Source of the DNA: Minutocellus sp. GHC0000111
Lineage: Eukaryota
Assembly (NCBI GenBank): GCA_977018835.1
Contig: OZ361261.1
Span: forward strand, 558,001-622,000
Direction: 5' to 3'
DNA: 64,000 nt
This document shows, piece by piece, positions 56,512-64,000 of this stretch. Position 1 is the first letter of the stretch. The number at the start of each line of letters is the position of its first letter. The notes beneath the pieces are model-generated. The model was given only the letters and a program-made list of their open reading frames with translations, was not told the DNA's origin and made no database searches. Made by a program: the position numbers and the translations under genes.

Positions 56512-58450
56512 TCATCCAGCGAACGTCGGACTGAACGGATTGGATGTTTGTGCCGGTGCGGCAGCATAATGTGATTGCTGTGGTTGCTGCCCTTGCCAGG
56601 ATCCTGTTGACTGCTGCTGAGGTTGTGGAATGTACGATCCGAACTGGGCCGCAACGTCATCCCATGTCGGGGCAGGTGCGAATGCGAACGAGGCGCCAGA
56701 GCCTGGCACATTTGGTTGTGCCCTAGCTGCAAACGATGCGTCCGTCGGGGCATAAGTAGACGGTGGTGCAACCGAGGGAGGGGGAGGGACCGCAAAGGAG
56801 GGTGGTGGCGGAGCCTGCCGCTGAGACATGCCCGAAGGAGCCGCTGAAGCTTGGCCATAATTCGATCCAGCACCAAACGCCCCCACTGCATCTTCCCACG
56901 TCGGAGGTGGAGCGTACTGAAACGACCGAGACGATTCGCCTCTCATCATACTGGCTGGAATCGTCGGTCCTCGGCCATATCCTCCAACCACGGATGCATC
57001 ATCGCCCATTGCACTGACATCGTCAGATATTGGTGTATCGGGTAAGTCAATGGTAATATCGGAAGGAGTTCTTTGGACTCCTGGTGGAAGCTGACCACTG
57101 ACAGCATGCTGGGACGAGGACGGATGATTCGACGATAGATCAATCAAATCCTCACTCTCCTCAATCGTTCGCATCGGTCGCTGGGGCGGTTCTGATCGGA
57201 ATGCTCCATGAACAGCCCCAAAGCTTGGGATTTGCTCTCTCGCTGACGGCTGAGGCGGTGCCGATGGCAACGGGCGCGAATATTGATATCGTTGCTGCTG
57301 TTGCTGCCTTCGAGCACCAGCAGAGCCATTCCTGATACTCTTCTGCCTAGCGAATTCGTACATGAATTGCTCCTCAGCTCGATCCTTTGGCGTAATGGTA
57401 TCAAATTCAGGCACTCCACTGCTCTCGATTTCACCCGCGCTGGCATACGTGGCATCCTCGTAGTGCTCCACAATCCGATCCGGCACGGCATGACGAATCG
57501 CACCATCCTCGCCGCGGGCCGTGCCAATGTTCCGCGCTGTTTGCTCCAACTGATCTCGGGGCAACGACTCGGCGTATGCCATGGCCTGGCCGTACATGTT
57601 GCGACATTTCGGTCCGCCCAGCTCGTAGATGTGCAACATGTCGTGGAACGATTGTCCGTCCAATCTCAAATCAAAGTGCTTGTAATTGCCATACATGGAG
57701 GGGTTGTGCGCACGTGCCTGGGATCCTCCCGAGGTCAGATCAGCCACCAGTTGCATCATATGGTTGCCGGCACCAGGAAGAGGAAAGTTTGCCGAAAACG
57801 AATTCTCTCCAATGGGTCCGCAGGAGAAGTGAACCTCTCGACCGTCCAAAAGGATTCGGCGCTTCCCACTCGCCAAACTCCAAAATAGAATCACCTCATG
57901 CTCCAAACCGCGGCACTCGGGACCCGAACATCCTAGACCGAGGTGAGGCAGAGATGCCAAACCAAACTTGAACGTTACCCGACGCTTGGCTGGGGACAGG
58001 TGGCTGGAATTGATTTCGAAATGCATGCGTGCGTAATTATAAAAATGAATGGGCAATCAAACGAAATGAGTGTACATATGTATATCGATTGATTAATTTT
58101 GATTTGTTATGATGGGAAAGATACCGGTACTAGTACGTCCCTTCATGCCCCCGAAGAGATCATGGGTGGTGAGCACTAGCTACGTAGCTACGGGTAGCAA
58201 TGCAACATTTCCAATCGGAACGTTTTACATATGTGATCGCTGAATTGCTTGGTATCTGGGTGGCCGCAACAGTACCATAAACAGCGTCTCGGCCCGCACG
58301 AATAAAAAGGAGCACATGAGAATTCTCATCATCGATGAGATTGCAGCGTGCTTAGCTACAGACTTACCGGCCAGTTTTGGAGGTGGAGAGATCAATCCGA
58401 TAGGGTATGGAGGGAGGGACTCTCCTCCCGTTGGTTGCTCTCGATCCCAT
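56512..58450 (-). CDS. Diatom-type conserved hypothetical protein, exons 58450-58368 and 58003-56512
   Basis: Spliced PYRIDLSTSKTGR|HLSPAKRRVTFKFG...CRGLEHEVILFWSLASGKRRILLDGREVHFS...FDLRLDGQSF..M..IYELG, a domain I recall as expanded in diatoms. Pro/Gln-rich tail. Intron GTAAGT..TTCCAG at 58367-58004. Confidence 0.8.
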
Positions 58451-58542
58451 GGGCGCAGCGGTGCGGTGGATAGCGACGCCGTTTGCCGATGATGGCGACA
58501 TGGTGACGATCGAGCTGTGGTGTTGTGGTGAAATGGTGAAAT

Positions 58543-58815
58543 TAGCCCTGCGAAAAAATCGAGCGATGATTGGCCAAAATCAGAGAAAAAAGAGGAATAT
58601 TTCTCTACGTAGGAACCAGTACTAATTCTATGGTAGCAATGCTTCCACATGACGTCATTTCATCCCGTTGCTTTGCACTGCATGGCTTAAAGTACAAGTA
58701 CCCATGACCTAATTTGTTATTACTAGTGTTAGTTAGTGGATTTTTTTCTCTGATTTTCTGATTTTCCGGAGCCGAAAATCGCCAAAAATCAGATTCTGCC
58801 TTTTTCGCAGGGCTA
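58543..58815. mobile_element. MITE-like element with nested inverted repeats
   Basis: TAGCCCTGCGAAAAA (58543-58557) is inverted at 58801-58815. AAAATCAGAGAAAAAA (58576-58591) is inverted at 58742-58757. Confidence 0.55.
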
Positions 58816-59520
58816 GGTGAAATGCTAATGGCGGCTGCTGCTGCTGCCGCCGCCCCCCCGGCTGCGCTCTGCCGAAGCCACGCCGCTGCCCCCATCACGC
58901 TTTCCCTTCCTTTCCTCCTTAGTTTTCCAAAATTCTTCTTGTGTTCCCGTCCCACATATATTTGATGAGAGTTTCTATATGATGAACTCTTCTCAAAGAA
59001 TATTAAAATGATGGAGGCCATTCTTGTAAAAAGGGTGCATTTATTGATTTTTTCTTTCTGTTTGAATTTCCCAACGCAACCGCGGGAGTGCATTTATTTG
59101 GGCCGGGCGTGCGTTATCACATGACTGTGCGTGGCGAGGGAAAATCAGTGTGCCCCGCATAAACTCCGGCATCGCGGACATTATTCAAGGGTTGAGTCAG
59201 CCGAGTACTCGAGTCGAGTCGTCGAGTCGGCGGCGAACCCATCAAGAACCACGCTAGCTACTGCATTGAGAGGTGGATGCATCAAACATTTGCTGTTGGC
59301 GTTTCGGAGACTTGACTTGCTTGGCTGGGTTTGGACGTAGCGGTCAAGCTGCCTTCGGCGAAAGACACCCCCCCACAAAGCACTGTCCGCTTGCTTTCTG
59401 TCTGAGTTGTTGGTGTCCGCAAATCTCAACTCAACTTATTGCATGCATTGGCCGGTCTACTACGTGTACTCGAATTGAATAATTATAACGTGCGCGCGCG
59501 GTACTAGCTAGATAGTAGAG

Positions 59521-62500
59521 ATGTCGGCGGCCTCTCGAGCTGCCGCCGACGAACGGCTCCTCCTCCTGGGCGACCCAGAAGAAGACCCCAACTGGCTGTC
59601 CCCTCCCCTGTGTCTGGTCCGGGCCCAGATTGAGGTGTTTGCCGCCACGGCCTCCGACATCGCCGCCCGGACGCGCCACCAGCCCACCCTCGGCCAGGTC
59701 GGCCTGCGCTGCATCCACTGCCGTCCCCCCCGCATGGCCTACCAGGACTGCGCCAAGGGGGCCGTGTCGTATCCCAAGTCCATCAAGATCATCCACCAGA
59801 CGGTCCGCAACTTCCAGCGCTACCACGTCAACGACTGCCCGTGCATCCCCTCTGACGTCAAGGAGCGCCTCCGCGCATACGAGAAGAAGAAGCACCAGAG
59901 CAAGCGCGACGCCAAGCACTACTGGGTCGACAGCTTCCGGGCGCTGGGACTGTGCGATGTCGTCATGGACGAAACCAAGAGGGAGGAGATACGCTTCGTC
60001 GATGAGGACGGTCACGACCACCAAGCCAGCGCAGAGGAGAGGGAGGCCATCGCGGCGCGGAGGGTGTATGTTCCGCCCCCGCCTCCGTTGCCTCCGTCAG
60101 AGCTGGCGGCGGCCATGGCCACGATGGCAGCGACATCTGCTACTAGTAAAAAAAGTGGCACGAATTCTCCGGCGGCCGGGGCCGGAGGTGCTGCTGCTGC
60201 TTTGACCGACAGGTCAGCCAAGCCCGGCACCAAACGGAGACGAAGCAAGAAGGATAAGAAGGCAATTGGTTCGGCGGCTGCTGCTGCTGGCGGGGGAAAC
60301 AACAACATGGCCGATGTGGTCGATGCCACCTTTGATGGCATGGACCTGGCCGGTCTCGAGAACACTTTCGACGACATGGAGGACGACTCGTCCTCCTTGT
60401 TTGCAGGGCTGGGACTGGACGACGACGAGTTGCAACAGGCTTCGGCCGGTGGACATGGTCATGGAGCTCCTGCCTCGACAGGCATCACCCCGAGTGACAA
60501 TAATGACAATCTGACTGTGCTCGATGGTTCGTTGGTAGGGTCAGGTCCATTCACCGGTACTGAGCGAGGTGCAGCAAGAGGAAGAGCAGAAGGCACATCG
60601 TCGTCAGTGATCGGACTGAATGATTCGATTCCTTCGGCCTGCTCCACCAATATCACGGCGAGTGACTTGGGATCCTTTACCACTGCCCCGGACGGTACGG
60701 TGGCCTCCCTTTCCGATCTAAGCCGTCAGACATCGTCTTCCTCGGCAGTCTCGGCCCCAGGAACCGCCGCGGCTGCTGCAGGTCAGGACAACTTCCATCC
60801 CATGGGGAAGAATATGTTCGGGGACCTATCTAGCACCCCCCTTCCCGATCCAATGGTGCTGACCGGACAGCGAATCTCGAAATATGTTAGAATTGGTTCG
60901 TGTCGGCCTGGAGAAGACGCAGCTGTTCGTCCGAGCGCGTCAGATGGAGGGTCATACCACTGCCATCCCTGGATACGAGTTGAGAAAGTTGGGCGAGGAA
61001 CTCTATCAGCACTTCACCTTTGGTCAATCGGTTCCGTCGATGGTGACCACTCCGAATGACTCTGGCAAGATTCTCGGCGGCAGCGAAGGCTGCGAAGGTA
61101 ACGGAGGCATCGCAAGGAAGAGAGGACGGAAGCAACATCACAGCGCCTATGAGATCCTGCTCGATCACGGAATACCATCGTCTGTGACGATCCTGGTTAC
61201 ATCCTTGCTGGGATCATGTCAGTCTGCAACAGTTGCAGACAGGTTTCATTCCATAGATGAGGTAGAACAAAATTTTCGACTGATGCTGACCTACCCCAGT
61301 AGATATCTCTTCGACGATAAGCACGCTGATGGTAGTCCAAGGGCGGTGGGAGAATTGTGCTTTGATCCTAACAAACTATACGGCCGACGAAAGGAAGTGA
61401 TGGCGCTCATCACAACATTCGAACGGGCATTTGATCCACGTCGAACCGCAAGAGAGGCCATATTCATCAAGGGCCGTCCCGGTATTGGCAAGTCTGTCCT
61501 TGTCGATACTATCCGCCTGCCCCTCTCCCGCCGTAACGGTTTCATGATATCAGGAAAATTTGACGAACTCCGGCAAGTCCAGCCAATGTCAGTAGTCTTC
61601 TCTGCCTTCAACGAATTCTGCGGTGACTTGCTGCAGGGGGACGAAAACAATCTAATCCAAATGAGGACCATCATCTGAGGGGCACTCGCAGACATTTGCA
61701 ACGTGCTCACAGATCTCATCCCCAACCTCGCACAGGTGGTGGGAGAATCACCCGGAGACAAGGACGACGTTGATGCTATGAACGCCATGCACCGATTTTT
61801 CTTCTACTTCCGAGCATTCGTTCGATGTCTTGCCACGAGCACAAGCCCAATTGTTCTTAGCTTTGATGATCTACACGCGGCGGATTCTGCCACCCTCGAG
61901 CTACTTCGGACGCTGGTCGCCGACGTCGAAACGTCCAACATCTTGTTCCTCGGATGTTACCGAGATTCCCAGGTTGGCCCCGACCATCCCCTTCAACAAG
62001 AAATTCTGAGCTTGACCTCTGCTGGCGTCAACATCCAGACGCTGGCTCTCAGCAATATCTGTGAGGAAGATTTGAATACTTTGGTTGCAGATACTCTGTA
62101 TCTTTCACCCTTTGTGACACGCTCCCTTTCTAGGGCCGTCCAAAGCAAAACTGGAGGCAACCCACTTTTCTCTCTCCAATTCATCTGCTCGTTGGTGGAT
62201 GAGAATCTGCTTCATTATTCCGCTAAACTACGTCGTTGGCAGTGGGACATCGAGGAGATCGACGCCAAGGATGTTGCAGACAATATTGTAGACCTTTTGA
62301 CTGAAAAGATGCTGAAGCTATCCCCTGACGCCCAGTACTTACTCAAGGTCTTGTCATGCCTTGGTTCGCGATGCGAAATGTCAACCATTCACGCTCTCTG
62401 TTCCGACGGAAATTCTCCCACCAACCCAGTTCTCGAAGAGATCATCGCCGAGGGATTCGTTAGCCGCGATCGAGCTTATTACAAGTTCAACCACGACGAA

Positions 62501-64000
62501 GTGCAAGAAGCCGCATATGCCCTCATCCCATCCGAAGAGAGAGAATCGTTGCATCTGTCGATAGGCAAGCTACTTTGGAGCAAGATGGAGGGTCCCGCCC
62601 TAGACTCTAGTCTCTACACTATCGCGGACCAGATTGGGCGCGGCATCAAGTTCATGTCCGACCACGACGAGAAGATCCGGTTTGCAGGTCTTTGCCTAAT
62701 GGCGGGAAAGAAGGCAATGGCAAGTTCATCATTTTTGCCGGCAGCGATCAACTTACTCCAGGGCACAATGATGCTGCAAGACTCTGATTGGGACCGGGAC
62801 GATTTAACGTATGATTTATGCCTTGATTTGACTTCGTCTTGTTGTCAGGCACAGTACGCGAGCGGAAATTACGACGGTGTCATGCTCTCTTCAAAGCCAA
62901 TTTTCTTGCATGCTAGGACCTTGCAAGACAAGATGCGTGGACATTACGCCATCATGACTTCGCTTGCGGCTCAGGGGAAGCTATTCGATACCATCAAATA
63001 CGGCCTCGAAGTTCTTGATGGGCTCGGCGAATCCCTTCCGATCAACCCAAACAATCTGCATGCCCTCTTTGGTTTCGTCCGGACTCGTTTCATGGAATGG
63101 AAAGCTCGTCTCATCGGCGGAGTTACCGTTGATACGATCGCCAGTCTACCCGAGATAAGCGACCCCGACAAGGCCGCCGCGATGAAGCTGCTCTCGATTC
63201 TGGCTACACATTCCTTCATTGTAAATCAAGGTCTCATGGGACTAATGATCTTTCGCCAAGTTCAACTGTCTCTTTCGTATGGTATCTGCCCTCAGTCGGC
63301 CCCAGCCTTTGCCAACTTTGGCCTAGTCTTTTGCGCCTCTGGCGACTACGAGCAAGGCTATCGATATGGCAAATTGGCCCTTTCTCTCCTGGACAAATTT
63401 GATTCTAGGGCAAAGGAATACATTTCGCATGTGTATTGTTTGGTTTATGGCTTTATCGCAATTTTCGTCGAGCCTCTCCAGGCATGCGTGCCAGCATTTC
63501 AGCACGGCAATCAAGTCGGTTTGTCTGTTGGTGATATTGACTGGGCGCTAGTAAACGCTGGTACATACATCAACTGGGCATTCCAGGCCGGAAATAAGCT
63601 CGGACCGCTGCTCGACGAGACAAAAAGCTTCGTCCAGCAGATGAAGGATTACAAGCATTACTCCTACACTGTGACACTTCCCTACTACCAAACGATTCTC
63701 AACCTAGTTCACAGTGGCAACAATGATCCTACTACCTTGACAGGCGAAGCCATGAACCAAGAAGTCATTCTGAGAGAGGCCGAAGAGAGCAAACAGCTCC
63801 AAATTATTCACGGTGTCCATTTCTTCCGCATGTGGCTCGCGTACTTGTTCCGCAGATACGACATTGCGGCCGAAATGGTCGGTCTCATCCAGGAAGTGAG
63901 CAAATCGTTATCTCTGCGCCTCATGGCGATTGTCAACGAGACCTGGTTCATGGGCTTGGTCGCATTGCACATGTCTCGAACATCTCCGCAGGAAAGCGGC
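59521..64000 (+). CDS. Diatom Cys/His domain followed by STAND/AAA_16 ATPase (trifunctional kinase/ATPase/His-kinase-family type); frameshift near 60865, in-frame TGA at 61676, runs off the window
   Basis: N-terminal LSPPLCLVRAQIEVFAA..GQVGLRCIHC..SYP..H...C..IP..YW. Then KLYGRRKE, Walker A GRPGIGKS, GKFDE, Walker B LSFDDLHAAD, TGGNPLF, WQWD and YKFNHDEVQEAAY, followed by a TPR-like helical region. Confidence 0.82.

Noticed and set aside
7725..61678. Stop-codon reassignment or selenocysteine as the explanation for in-frame stops
   Set aside because: All three stop types occur, only once per affected gene and alongside frameshifts. The TGAs are not at evident Cys or Trp positions, and all three codons also terminate genes normally.

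Overview
Gene-dense eukaryotic nuclear DNA with short GT-AG introns, most likely from a diatom (inferred from diatom-type protein families; a flagellar docking-complex homologue points to a centric or mediophycean lineage). I can support about 30 protein-coding loci: NOP58, COA5/PET191, DUF4050, MATE, DnaJ-X, VMA21, CRAL-TRIO, PP2A B56, SGNH hydrolase, sulfotransferase, an Rv3531c/DUF1214-like protein, MBL hydrolase, an ER 2OG-Fe(II) oxygenase, a 2,222-aa DUF1800-DUF1501 fusion, FCP1/NIF phosphatase, PIG-X, ODA-DC2-like, Tab2, AKR, CDC50, NF-YC, a Pro/Ser-repeat secreted protein, CLASP-N, a STAND/AAA protein and several hypotheticals. There is also one solitary 5S rRNA copy with a small deletion and several TE-like relics. 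The most notable observations are: (1) a tail-to-tail, intronless, membrane-anchored sulfotransferase plus Rv3531c-like pair that mirrors a bacterial gene pairing; (2) nonsense, frameshift or deletion lesions in about 9 of 30 genes while core genes are intact; (3) chains of overlapping CTAG/GTAC/TACGTA/TAGATCTA palindromes in non-coding DNA. All family assignments come from motif recognition by eye; no database search was run.
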